A DNA stretch of 64,000 bases from Phyllosticta citribraziliensis (GCF_038025025.1 NW_027117349.1:1-64000), one strand, 5' to 3'. Shown: positions 26,717 through 39,439, counted from the first letter of the stretch. A program made the numbers and translations. The notes: a model not told the origin generated them from the letters alone.

Positions 26717-26978
26717 GGCGTCGCCAGGGTAAGAAACAACCAAAGCAGCATCGTGGAAATTTGAGCGAATTGCAGATATACTTGATCGTTTTCGGCAAAG
26801 CTCTCGTATCTGAATAATGGATGGCGAACATTGCAGACGTTGTTGGAGAAGGAAGGCTGTGCGGAATAGGGATGTCCCAGTTGGAGATCTCTCCAAGAGT
26901 GCCGTGTCGGCGGCTTTGCTGCCAACCGAATTTCCTCCAAATTTCTCCAACACTCTTCACTCCCAACCCGAAGCCACC

Positions 26979-29782
26979 ATGGCGCAGAATCGCGGCCGAA
27001 ATTTGGTCTGCACCAGTTGTCAAAAGTCGTTTGTTCGCCTTGAGCATCTGCAACGCCATATCCGCACACGTATGGAACCCGCTCATATCCTTTCCGACGC
27101 ATAAGCAACGCACATAAGCTTACAAATTGGTCCAGACACCAAGGAAAAGCCCTACAAATGTCACTGTGGCCGAGGTTTCTCGAGAAGAGATCTTTTGACG
27201 CGCCACCACCGCATCGCACATGTACAGGAAGCCCAGGAAAACACGCCGGTAACAAGTGACGCGTGGGATGGTCAAAGCATTTCAACAACCCCCCAAGCTT
27301 CTCGGAACAGTCATGACCTGGCGAGCTCCTCGCTCTCCAAAAGCCCGCAAGTCTCCACTGGCCCCTCCTCCAATGCAGCAGCAGCGCATGCCTTTCGAAT
27401 GGAAGGTGCATCGCTGGAGACAGCGAGGCCCCAAAACGAGACCGCACTCAACACGCAGTTGGATGCAGCTGACTACACGGCAACAAACGACGGTCAAAAT
27501 CTCCAGCCAAATCCGGCCAACTGGCAGCCTTGTAAGTCATCGAGTTAGCAATGTCTGTCAAAATTGAACCTCATTAATGAGCCCAGTTGCAGACATGGAG
27601 CTTCCCAACTCCTCGCTTGATCCCATACTCGACTTTACCACCTTTGTAGACTTTATGGGTCTTAGCTCCGACTGGAATTCATTTGCCTTTCCCAGTGCAA
27701 TGGCGAACACACAATCCTCTGTTCCACTTCCACCAGGCACCGCCGATGACGGAGCAGTCCCTGATTCCCAACACCAGGACGCTGCCAGGGGACAGATCCA
27801 CTATTCACACAGCGGCGTAAGCGGGTTGCTTCCGCAACAGGCCGGCAAAGCCGATGAGCTGACACCGACTTTGCATTCGTTGCGGACCAGCAGTGGCGAA
27901 CCAGGCAAGTAGAAGACTGTACCCTGACACAAGTGTAGTCGCTAGTCTGATAGCTATTAGTGGCATTCGAACAAAGAAACACAGCGGAGCCGCCGTGGAA
28001 CGTAAGTGAAATACAATTCAAGAACCTTCAGGAGAACTTGAAAAGCTTCGGCCATGTCCTCTCAGGCTTCACACTTCCATCGAGGCACGCCCTCACTCGC
28101 TACTTGTCAGGTTATTTTCATAGTTTTCAGGACCACCTTCCCTTCCTACATGTTCCAACCTTTCGCTTAGATGACTGTGCTCCCGAGCTTGTTCTTGCCA
28201 TCGCTGCAGTCGGGGCACAACACCGGTTCGAGAACCACAATGGCCTGTTGCTGTTCGATGCTGCCAGATCAATAGCCCTGGAACAACGTCGACGGCGCAT
28301 GAGGAAGTTTGCGGACGCACCCCGCGAGCCTGCCAGACCCGTTGGCCCCGTTCACGAGTCTCGACCTCGGTTCAGAGATCTCGATTACAGTCCCGAGTCA
28401 AGACACCAGCGAATGCAGACTGTCCGCGCATTGCTGCTCGTCACTGCGTTTGCAACTTGGGAAGACCACCCAGAGATGATGCGAGAAGCGACAGAGCTAC
28501 AGAGTAGTCTCTCGCGCTGTCTGAGAGAGTTGAGTCTGAGGGACGAACCGAGTTCGATAGATGAGGCTGGGAAAGATTGGCACGAGTGGGCCCATGTCGA
28601 GATGGACCGGCGGACCAAGTTAATTGCTTTCTGCTTCCTCACCATCCACACTGTTACGCACAACCTACCACCAATCATTCTTGGGAACGAGATTCAACTC
28701 CGACTTCCTTGCTCGTCTCAGAAATGGAATGCTCCATCGGCCACGGAATGGATGGCTCTCAGCTCATCAGCTTCTGACCCAGAGCCAATGTTCCAAGAAG
28801 CGTTCAAGTCCCTTTTCCTGAACCAAGATGGGGAGCCTAGATTGCCCGCTCACTTCGCGTCTCCTCTTGGGAACTTTGTCTTGATACTTGCTTTGATCCA
28901 ACGGTGCTTTTGCATACACCAAATTTCCGCGCTTGCACCGTCCGAGACTATCGGCTTGAAGGAGCAGATGGAGTAAGTGCCCAGTCGCTTGTGGCTATAC
29001 TCGCACTGCCCCAGTATTCATGCTGAACCTGTCTTAGAAAGGCACTCCAACGATGGAAGCTTGGGTGGCAAGAATCTCCGGAGTCGAGTCTTGACCCTCA
29101 AAATCCCAATGGGCCGATTCCGTTCACGTCGACTTGCTTCCTCGCTTTGGCCTACATCCGCTTGGTCTTTGACATCGGCCCCTACCGAGAACTGCACAGT
29201 CGTGACCCCGCCAGAATTGCTGGGGCCTTGGAGAGTGCTCCGCGGGTGCATCGAGGGAAAATGGTCATTCCCGCACTACTCCACTCGGCTCATGCTTTGA
29301 GCATCCCCGTAAAGATTGGCATTGATTTCTTTGGAAAGAGCCAGCATTTTTTCTGGGGAATACACCACTCGACATGTAGCTTCGAGTGCGCCGTATTTCT
29401 CGCACGGTGGTTGTGCCAAGTCGAATCAGACGGACTCAAAGAGGACGACGCAGCCGTAGGTGAGTGCTGTTTCTCCTCACCTGATCGCTACTCCCCTAAC
29501 CATATTATTGCAGACTATGAAAAGTGTATACTTTTGTGGGTCAGAAGCATGGTCAAGGAAGCCCAGTCGTCAGTGGACTTGTCTCCCTGCCAGAGGAATG
29601 AAGATGACATGGAGCCGCGTAGGATGGCCATTATCGTACTCAAAATTTGGGGCCGCATCTTTCAAGGGAACACCAGCTGGGCATTGATAAACACGATGGG
29701 AGATAGCCTTGAGCATCTCACCTCATCCATAGAAGGCGGCGACACTTGGAAAGTGCCATTACAAGACCGTGTTCAATTATAG
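26979..29782 (+). CDS. C2H2 zinc-finger plus fungal-specific transcription factor domain protein
   Basis: C..C.KSF.RLEHL.RH.RTH-TKEKPY.C.CG.GFSRRDLL.RH; YF..F..HLPFLH.PT; W..W...E..RRTK. Introns 27070-27135, 27532-27586, 27905-27960 (GC-AG), 28973-29037, 29460-29513 give a continuous frame. Confidence 0.88.
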
Positions 29783-29906
29783 AACGAAAGTCCTTGACCG
29801 CTGCTACCGAGCTTGCTTGCGGGCCATCTATCGTCAAAAGCGGATGATGGAAATTGGAGTCGGCGGAGGGACTGCGTGACACTGGCGGTCGTATTCGTAA
29901 GACATT

Positions 29907-30044
29907 ACTTATCCTTGACAATCCCTATCGGTCGAGCTCTCGTCTCAACCTCCCAGCAGCTGTTGACGGCGCGGGACTTATCCTTGACAATCCCTATCGG
30001 TCGAGCTCTCGTCTCAACCTCCCAGCAGCTGTTGACGGCGCGGG
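29907..30044. repeat. Perfect 2 x 69-bp tandem duplication spanning the VPS45 stop codon
   Basis: acttatccttgacaatccctatcggtcgagctctcgtctcaacctcccagcagctgttgacggcgcggg at 29907-29975 and 29976-30044. Confidence 0.97.
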
Positions 30045-31994
30045 TTCAGGCCACGACTCCACTGTACTCTCAACCTCTTCGAGAAATGAAGCACTGTTGT
30101 GTACTGTTGTGCCACCCAAGACCACTCTAACTCCAGGGGAGCTCGCATTGACCTGCGCCACCATCTTCGCCTCCTCAAAAGTGCAACCCCCCACTATAAA
30201 GATGACAATGTCCTGCGGTTTGTCTCTGGTGGTACCGCCACCTTCGACGAACGGGTACATCTGCTCTCGCAATCGTCCCTTGATGAGATCTTGCAAAGTG
30301 CCCTCGAGTCGGGGCGAGTGCTGTGTGTAGACATTTTCCACACCCTTGAGGCCTTTGAAACGGCTTTGAGCATTGCTGAAAAATGATCCAGATTGGAAAA
30401 GGTCAGGAATTCCGCTTGCAGTAGGAGAAGACTGCAAAGACTCGTGGTATGTCAACAACTTGTTGATCAGACCGATGCGGTGCCGCGACAGGTTGCCAGC
30501 GACTGCCAGAAGATCAAGAACGGCGGGAATGGCATTTGAAGGATACTTGTGATAGCGAAGGGCGTAAATCGCCGTGAGTCGTAATTTGTTATCCGAAGGA
30601 ATAGCTGGATCTTGGATGATGGATTGAAGTTGCTGTCCAACGTCAGTATTCTCTCCACAACAAGATGCGAGGCCGAATGAACACGTACCTTGAGGTCATT
30701 GTTGTGGTTGTCGTTGCAGGCCAGACTCTGTTCCAGTTCGCTTACATCGAGCAGGCGATCCTGACCCACTCTTCGACTTAGTTCACCAACGAGCGTGACA
30801 TGCTTGGTCACATTTCCGGAAAGCTTGCGGAACTCTGGATAATCTTCCACGAAGCGTTTCATGTCCGTAATCGATTCCAGCTTCAGATTGCCTTGCTGCT
30901 TTGATGCGAACTGCTCCACGTAGTCTTTGGCGTTCTGGCCCAAGTCTCCGAAGTTCAAATACATGTTTTTCTTGAAGAACGGATCTTGGTCTTGGGAAAG
31001 GACAATTTCATTGAGTTCGGGTCGAATGTCGGGAACGTCGCTCAGGTCTACTCTTCCGTTGTTGATTCCAAGTAGTTCGTGGACCATGGCTTGATAAGTC
31101 CATTGTGTGAGCAACGGCGTCACAGGGTCGTCCCTCCTGTCGACGATGAGGAGAATGGGAGATGTATCAGTCTTCCGGAAGTCGAAGAGCTGCTCTTCTG
31201 ACGTCATTTGGTAGCGTACTTCGGTGGCAAGCTTCTTGGAGAGGAGACTGTTTTTCTGATATCGTATCAAAGGCCTCTTCTTCAGGGACAGGAGAAGGGC
31301 AAGCACGCCTTCGGCCGACCGCTGCAGCGACTCCGGATTCCACGCATCGGGACTGCCGCTCCATATCTTGTGTCGGGGATATTCAAGATTGAGAGTCATG
31401 AGGTCAGGGTTCACGACTAGGTAGTCGGCAAAGTACTCGTGGACAGCTCGTACGACTTCGTGGTCGTCCGCTTCTGCCAGTCTCTCCAACGACGACTTTC
31501 GGATGATATTGCTGAAGTCTGACGCAGTCAATCAGCACCAGCAGTGTGGATTTGCCTTTTCCCAAACATACATATGTAGTACTCTCCGTACCTGGGCTCT
31601 CGGAGTTCATCGATTAGGTATTGAAGCGACTCGGGCGACGGGCGAATGAAGCAGAGACATCGAAGGTGGCGCATCTTCTCGCGGGTGTCGCTGTCTAGCC
31701 GGCTGCAATAGCCCAATTAGAGTCGGCGAGCTGAGCGCTGGGAGGGAGTTATTTACTCGGTAAGGTAGACTTCATGGTTGAGCAACGCGGATTGGGTCGT
31801 AGCAGTCGAAACAATTGGCACCTGAGCTCCAATTAGCCAGCGCGCCAGAAAGATTTGCTTGTCCGAGGCGACGGACCTACCGTTTCGCGATCCAACAGCA
31901 GAATCTTCATTTTTGGCGGGCCAGTTCCAGAGGCGTTGTCGCCAGCAGACACCATTTTGGTGATGTAGCCGGAGACGGCCTGGACGACGTCCAT
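29994..31994 (-). CDS. VPS45: Sec1/Munc18-family vacuolar protein sorting protein Vps45
   Basis: MDVVQAV..YI.KMV, KMKILLLD.ET, TQSALL.HEVYL, DRRDDPVTPLLTQWTYQAMVHELLGI, KPQDIVIFIVGG.TFEEA. Exons 31994-31881, 31821-31757, 31702-31572, 31518-30689, 30632-29994. Confidence 0.95.
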
Positions 31995-32840
31995 GGCAGC
32001 AGGCAAGAGTCCGGCTTCTAGGAGACAAAGGGTCCAGGTATGCGATTCAACTTCTGGTGATAGGGCGCGACTGGGGGTTGAGGCGGAAAAGGCGCGAAGG
32101 CGGAGGCGAGGGGTATGGTAGGTGTTGGTTCCGTCCAGGTTGCGCGGAGCTCGACCTGACAGCTCCAGGGCACCGAGTAAGATTGTCCAAGGATGCGGCA
32201 GGTGCTGACTCGGCACCTGCTCCACCCACGGCCGAGCATGTACACCTCATGTATACGGTCAACATGTATCTTTCAATGCAGACCGGACCACTGTTCCTTT
32301 AGATTTCGACATGATCCATTCGCCACCCGCTTCTTGGAGCGTCCCAATCCCTGCATGGCTACCTGTCGCAATGACTATCTACCCGTGTAGGTTCCTGAGA
32401 TGCCATGACACTTGCGTGCAAGTTGTCGAATTCGAAGAATACAGCACGAAAAGCGCGCAGTTCTGGTCCACCCTGATTCGAGGTTTGTGACGTCCACCCT
32501 CGTGGAACAAGTGCGCGGAGATTGGAGCCCAAGTTCTTGCCACCTTTTGCGCATGCATCGAAGCTCCCAAACAACCTGGTGGATCATGATAGATTGAAGG
32601 CTCACTGTCGGGAACCTGCCAGAGGCCATCACGTCTTCGCATGCGATTCCCTAGCTTTTGCGCTGTGTGCCACGACTTTTGCCACAAGGCCTCGGCCCAA
32701 ACGTCATGTCTGCAAAAGCACTGCGGCATTTGATGATGGCTTGCAGGCCGAAACGGTGCACTTGGTCCTCGGATCCCACAACTTGACGAGACTTGCTTAG
32801 GAGGTCATCTTCCTTGTACCGGCCAATTGTACCGCTTTCA

Positions 32841-33961
32841 TCATTCTCGCCATTTGACAAAGACCTCGTCTGTCCGGAATCTTTGCGTGCAGGTTGTTTC
32901 TTCAAAAGGCATCGTCACCCCCGACTCATGCGCAAGGAGTCCGGCGTGGGCGATCATGATGCCGTTGTCGATGCAGAATCTCTCGTCGGTTGCGTAGACA
33001 CTTCCGCCGCGGTCGCTGGCCATCAAAACCATCATCTCTTGCAGCCTCTCATTGCAGCCGACACCTCCAACAATAAGCACCTGCGTCGAACCAACATGGG
33101 CCATGGCCCTCTCGGTAATTTCCACGAGCATGGCAAAGATGGTTTCCTGCAGAGAGAAGCACAGGTCGGCTGGCGTAATAAGCTCGCCATCTTCTTCACT
33201 CCGCAGCCTCTGGTCTTGAGGTAGAGCGTCATCGATCTTCAGAGCCAGCTCGTCTATTGCAGCCTTGACGCCAGAGAAGCTAACGTCCATGCCCTTGACG
33301 GTGTAAGGGAGGTCGACTAGGTGCTTGCCCTTCTTGGCGAGTTGCTCGATGTTGTATCCAGGAGCCGGGTCGTTTGGTATTCTCAGAGTGCGGGCGAACC
33401 TGTCGAGACAGTTGCCAATGGCGATGTCCAGAGTCTCACCAAAGATGCGATAGCGCTGTGCCGCATAAGCTATTACTTGGGTGTTGCCCCCCGACACGTA
33501 CAGGACCACTGGATTCTGAGCGCCCGTGATGGCGCGACCCATTTCAATATCTAAGCGGAGAGTCAGCTCGGGTCCCGCAGATGAATGCAGCGACATGATG
33601 GCGTACGTCCGACACAGTGGTTTACTCCCAGCAATTCTTTGCCCCACAGCAGCGATAGAGTTCGTGCGGCAACGGCTACGCTCTGCAGCGGCGCGCCCAT
33701 GCCGGGGCCCTTGGTATAGCATATGCAGTCCAGTTGGTCCGGTGTTAGACGAGCTTCCCGCATGGCCTGCTTCACAAGCCTGACGACCCAAGCGCGGTGG
33801 TGTTTGGCAACATCCTTGGGCAAGAAGCCTTCGCCGGGAGGGGAGTTGTACGTGTGACGGAGGTTGGCGAGGACAATGGGCTCTTTGCCTGGAGCTGGGT
33901 GCGAGATGATGCCAACGCCCAGCTTGTTGGCGCTTCCTTCGAGACCGAGGGCGATGGCCAT
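32841..33961 (-). CDS. KAE1: tRNA N6-adenosine threonylcarbamoyltransferase (KEOPS subunit Kae1/OSGEP)
   Basis: [38 protein letters not shown] (across intron 33551-33606), [35 protein letters not shown]. Confidence 0.97.
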
Positions 33962-34050
33962 GGCGAGCGAGACGGGTTCGTTGGTTGACAGGTGTGGATG
34001 ATGGAAATGTTGCCGCCACCAGAACCGGCATGTCCAGTGCTCGCATGAAT

Positions 34051-34060
34051 TTATCGATAA
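34051..34060. promoter_or_regulatory. TTATCGATAA palindrome in the KAE1/RKM4 bidirectional promoter
   Basis: Perfect 10-bp palindrome; the same motif recurs at 53271-53282. Confidence 0.5.
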
Positions 34061-34269
34061 GAGAGCGCCAAGGGTCTAAGGTTTTGGTTTACCGCAGCGG
34101 ACCCGCCGGACGTGCCCTGAGGTGTGAGCTCTGACCTCCCGGTCCCTCTTGGACTCCGCCGGCCACTCGTCTCTCTTGTGGTTCGCCAATATTGATCGCT
34201 TCATGTCAAATATCCTCTTTCCATAACCCAGCTCCCAGCACACACTGCCGTCTTCTACAAACCGTCAGC

Positions 34270-35780
34270 ATGGTCGGCTCCGACGATTTCGAAGCACGAT
34301 CGGCAGACTTCTTGTCATGGTTGTCCTCGCGTTCCTGCACAGTCTCTCCAAAAATCCAGCTGGCAGACCTTCGACGCCACGGAGCTGGAAGAGGAGTAGG
34401 TACGAGACCAAGCACTCGAGTCTTTTGACCTGTATTCGTCTCATTCACCTTCGCAGTCGCCATTCAGGACATAGCAGAAGGCGAAGCCTTATTCTCTATA
34501 CCCCGCTCCAACATCCTCAGCGCCGCCACCTCTTCTCTGTCTACCGCTGCTCCCCAAGTCCTGGATCAACTTGATCCGTGGAGCTCCCTGATTGTTACCA
34601 TGATATACGAGTACCTGCGCGGAAGCGACGGCGCCTGGAAGCCATACTTTGATGTCCTGCCCGTCAGCTTCAACACCCTGATGTTCTGGAGCCAGGAAGA
34701 GTTGGCCAACCTCCAGGCCAGCGCCGTGACCCAAAAAATAGGCAAAGCCCACGCCGACGAAACATTCAAAGAAGCCATCATCCCGCTCATCCGCAACCAC
34801 GCTGGCGCATTTTTCCCCGACGGCACAGGGACTAGCGTAAGCGACGACGAGCTATTGGCTCTGGCCCACCGCATGGGCTCGACCATCATGGCGTATGCCT
34901 TTGACATTGAGCAAGAAGACAATGCCGGAAAGGATGTCGACGAAGACGGTTATGCGTCCGAAGAGGAGGAAGCCGACCTTCCCAAGGGAATGGTACCGTT
35001 GGCTGACATGTTGAATGCGGATGCCGACAAGAACAACGCTCGGCTGCACTACGGTGCGGATGCTTTGACCATGGAGGCCCTTAGAGACATCAGAGCCGGC
35101 GAGGAATTGTTTAACGATTATGGGCCTCTTCCCAGGAGTGACCTCCTGCGGCGATACGGGTACGTCACGTCGTTGTATGAAAAGTACGACGTCGTGGAAC
35201 TTCAGACCGAACTCATTGTCGGAGTAGCACGGGGAGAAGGGCGCTTGTCAGCGGATGAACTGGACGCAAAGGCAAGGAATGCTCCTCATGCTCCACACAT
35301 GGGCACTCCAGCTTACCATCACAGCTCGGCTATCTCGAAGAGGAAGGCCTTCAAGAGGCCGGATATGACATTCATCGCAACCCGCTTGACCCGGAAGATG
35401 AGTTTTCAATCTTCGACGAAGAAATGCGAGTCCTCCTTGCGACACTGCTACTCCCTCAAGCAGAGTTTGAGCGCATCAAGAGAAAGGGCAAGTTGCCCAA
35501 GCCAAATGTCACGCACGAAATGGCACAGATTCTCCAGAAAGCCGTTCAGCTGCGCAAGTCTCAATACCAAACGTCGCTCGAGGAAGACAGGCGACTTACC
35601 AGTTCTGGTGTGAGCTCTCCCCGACTGAAGATGGCGCTTGCTGTCAGGATCGGCGAGAAGGCGATTTTGGCCATGGCAGGCCAAGTCTTGGAGCGCGCTC
35701 TGGAACAAGGAAATTTGTTGAAGAGAAATGGCGACGATGATGATGGGAACGGCGCTGCAAAAAGGAGGAAAATTGACTAA
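34270..35780 (+). CDS. RKM4: SET-domain lysine methyltransferase, Rkm4/SETD6-like
   Basis: KIQL.DLR..GAGRGVVA, W.PYF.VLP..F.TLMFW, H.MGS.IMAYAFD, MVPLADMLNAD...NNARL, GEELFNDYG.LPRSDLLRRYGY. Introns 34400-34456 and 35272-35324 (GC-AG). Confidence 0.85.
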
Positions 35781-36298
35781 GAGTTGGCGCGCATGCTCAA
35801 CAACGGCACTGGAATTCAGAAAAGGAGGGTTTGCGTTCACTCAAAAACTGACTGATGCTGGTCGAGTATTCCAACTCAGTCGAGATTTTCATTCCCCTCC
35901 ACTGCGTCGCTTGTTGCTAATTTACAGAACACCGACGGATGCCGTTCATGAAGACAGCAAGTCCCAAACTTGTTTGCTCCCGTCTCAGGAAATGAGCGCT
36001 TCCTTGGCTCATTCCCTTGGTATAATACATCTGTCGACTGCAGAGCCGTCACCTCCGACCTGCACCCAATGGCCAGAACTGGAGATGCTGACCCTTTTCA
36101 CTCATTGCTGTTTTCTATTGTGTCATGGTCGGGCACAGGCCTTTTTGGCGGCCGTACTTCAAGAATCCCGCAAGTCCACGTCTTCTGGGGGGACAACATT
36201 TCCAACTCCCTTGCGAAAATTTGGGGAGCACCGAAGAGCGCGTGGCGGGTGTGGGGTCAGAAGAAAAAGAGGGCATTCTCTTTTGTTTCCCGGACTTT

Positions 36299-38108
36299 TC
36301 AGCTAGGCCCGTTGGCTACCCGCTGTGGAGGATTTGGCTGGCCTTGCCCTGGAAGCTGACCGGCCGCCGTAGCTGCAGCAGCAGCCATCTGAGTCCTACG
36401 GGCCAAAGCTTGTTGCATGGCCGCCTCTCTCGAGACTGACCTATCCATCAAGATGCGGTACTTGACGGCAGAGTCGGCATAAAAATCGACGGAAATGGTA
36501 TCCTCATCCTCGTCACTGTCATGGTCGTACTTGAACCGTTCGGCCACCCGGTCATCCGAATCATCAGGGGCAGGCCTTTTCAACCCCCGCCGATCTATCA
36601 TCAGTCGTCCCCCACGACCGGTGCGCCGCCTGAAGGACGGACGGCCTTGGAATGACTCGTATGGGGGCGTTGCGTACCGGACCACGCCGGATGCCTTCGA
36701 AGCCTCTGCTTGATTCGGCGACTGCGCCTCGTCCGACGATGTGGAAGATGGGGGTGTGGGGAGGTACTGTGCGATCGCTGTACGGTAGGCTGGCTGGGTA
36801 TCTTCCTCGAGCGGAGGTGTGATAGCCCGCCAGGTGACGTCGACATAGTGCTTGTTCCACTCTCGGTGCTTTTCCTTGTTGGTCTCGATCGACCTGGTGA
36901 TGTCTTCCTCCCGCTTGGCAATCTGGTCGTCGAGCAGGATGAGGTCGCTGTCCAGGGCACGTCCGTCGACACGGGTTTGTGGTTTGGCAACCATGCCAGG
37001 CACGCCTCGTTGGATAATGTTTGCATCGAGCTTGGGTTTGGGCTTTGGAGTGGGCTGCACTTCCATCAGTAAGTTGCTCGCAGCTTGGGTGGTGTGCCTC
37101 ACCTTTTGGTTGATGAGGTCCTCGTCGCCATCCTTGATGTTGAGATTTCTCTTAACCTCCCTGACTTCCATACGCTTTTCGAATATCACCCTGTCGTTGG
37201 CCAGCTGCTCCCTCCTCCCAGCTTCTCTTTGCTTCAGTAAGCTCATCAATTCCCTTGCTTGCTCGAGCTCAACTCTCAATTTCTTCAGCTTTTCGGTCAC
37301 TTGGGCATCTCTGCCTCTCGTCTTCCGTGCCTGCCTCACTTCGCGCCGCCTAAAGCAAACATAGGGATCTGCATCATCAGTGTCCAGGTTGGTCTCGAAC
37401 TTCAGAGACGGCATCAAACTGCGGTTGCCGCGCTTCGAGCGCTGTAGCTTCCAGTGCTCGTAGATGTCCCTGGCAAATCGACGGGCGCCATCGCTGATGG
37501 TCTCATCAAAATCGGACTCCAACTCGTCAAACGACAAGATTGGAGCGTTGTCGACCGTGGCATACGGCTGCTTCTCCTGGGCAGTGCGCTCAAAAAAGTC
37601 GACGACCTCCTCGAACTGATCCTCGGAGCACTGGTGTGCGGCAGGCTTGCGAGCATTCAGCGCGGCCAAGAAGCCATCGTCATCGTTGTTCATACAGTAC
37701 TGAGTACCTCTGCAGTCCTCGACGGTCGACGAGAAGCGGATGTAAGTCGCTGGCTGCACCCACCGTTTCGGATACAGGTCCTCGTAGCGCAGCACGCTCA
37801 CTCGTGCTTCGGGCGTGGGGATGTAGAGCTGCGAAATCTTGCCACCGACGGCAGCGGCATTAATGACGGCTTGCAGATGGTGTTCCTGGCAGAAGAGAAT
37901 CAGCAACGTTAGTCACGAGAGGCGGCGCATCGGGAAGGGCACGCACGATTTCCTCTCCCTTTTCCACACCCGTCTCGACTCTGGGGATGTGGCGTTGAGC
38001 CTCATCGTCAGCAAAGCCTTCAATCTCACCCTCGCGCAAAATTGGTAGGTTCTGCTTGGTGGAGAGCTTGCGCTGACGAAAGCGCTGGCCCGTGATGCGC
38101 TGGGTCAT
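36299..38108 (-). CDS. EPL1: Enhancer of polycomb-like protein (NuA4 subunit)
   Basis: RFRQRKLS.KQ.L.I.RE, VETGVEK.EE.EHHLQ, YIPTP, P.TYIRFSSTVE, DPYVCFRRRE.RQ.RKTR.RD, FRRR.GRGGRL.IDRR. Two introns (~37888-37946 and 37055-37102). Confidence 0.95.
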
Positions 38109-38327
38109 GGTGGTTAGAGGGCGATGCAAGCTGTAGCCTCTCGGCGATCGCAGTCGCTCCCCATGTGACGACCAAAATCAAGGTTGTGAGCGTGGGAGTA
38201 GTGAGAAGCTGAAGGTGATGGCGTGCGGTACTACTGTGGATTGGGATTGCGACTAGGTGAGCAGTGTCGTCGATGCGGATTCAGGCTTGGATGTGGTTTG
38301 TATTCTTTTTCTTCTCTTTTTTTCGGA

Positions 38328-38352
38328 TCTCTCTCTCTCTCTCTCTCTCTCT
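38328..38352. repeat. (CT)n/(GA)n microsatellite upstream of EPL1
   Basis: Direct reading. A (GCGCA)4 repeat at 38801-38820 and A-runs at ~38664-38706 lie nearby. Confidence 0.9.
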
Positions 38353-39412
38353 GCCGTCTGTAATTTGCTGCTGCGTCTGGGAAGAGTCTACGGTGTCGCG
38401 CAATTCGTTGGCACCTAGGATGACAAGCGTAGGGTTGCAGACAGGTTCGGCTCAGCTCAGACCCTGGGGCAGGGCAGGGCAGGTCAGCAGAGCAGTGCAG
38501 CGAAGAAAACACTCAGGACAGCGGTCGGGCCGTCCGTGGTTGTGTTTGCAGCAACCCAACTCCGGATCGGTAGCGGGTTTGCGTGCGGTCCCTGGGCCGA
38601 AGCGCAGGCAAGCAGCGGGCTGAGAGCGCTGTGCGACTGGTGAAAAGTAGTTTTTGGTAGAAGAAAAAAAAATATAAGGTTGGGTAGAGGGAAAAAAAAA
38701 AAAAAATCCAGCTGCGCAGGCAAAGCCAAAGGCAGAGGCGGAGGCGGCCAGAGGCAGCAGAGGCAGGCGTGGAGGGCGCAGAACCAACGCCGACGCCAAA
38801 GCGCAGCGCAGCGCAGCGCACCCAAGCGGACAGATTGCCCTTCACCCCTAGCGAGTCACCCCGGCGGACGACGCGACAGCGCGCAACGCTCGACTGTCGG
38901 CCCAACGCGCTGCAAAAGCGGCAAACGGGTCAACAGAGGATGGACGGGTCGCTCAAAAGTCGGCCTGTGGCTCTCGGATGAGTTTTGCGATGGATGGTGG
39001 AGTGCGAGTTGATGGATTGGGTTGGGAGCCTGCGATGGCAAAGTCGACTGGTAGAGCCTGTCGGTCGGTCGCGGGCTTCAGAGGTCTAACCAAAGCCAAA
39101 GCAAAGTCCCGTCCCGGCTGCTGCTTCCTGGCCACCTCGCTAACTCGACTCGCCGCCGCCGCCGCCGCGCCGCCGCCCCGCCAAGAGCTTAGTCTACTCT
39201 ACCACAACACAACAGCCCACCCCAGCCCAGCCCAGCCGTGCGTGCCTCTGCCACGTCCAGTCGCCTCAATGTAAACATTGACGACGCCAACAACATATGT
39301 ATCCAACGCGCTCTACATGATGGCCACTCTAATACCGGTGCGTCTCCCGGACCCCCCCTCTCCTCGCCCGCCGACTGTGCATGCCTGCGTGCGTGCCTGC
39401 TGCTTCGCTCGG

Positions 39413-39439
39413 CCCCCCCCCCCCCCCCCCCCCCCCCCC
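39413..39439. repeat. C27/G27 homopolymer
   Basis: Direct reading. Confidence 0.9.

Noticed and set aside
1..30044. Starship-type giant element carrying the RidA/MFS/TF trio
   Set aside because: No tyrosine-recombinase captain relic or paired direct repeats identified; cannot be supported from this window.
33607..34046. N-terminal part of the 401-aa ORF 32841..34046 as an extended Kae1
   Set aside because: Artefact of reading through intron 33551-33606; the true exon 1 is in another frame starting at 33961.
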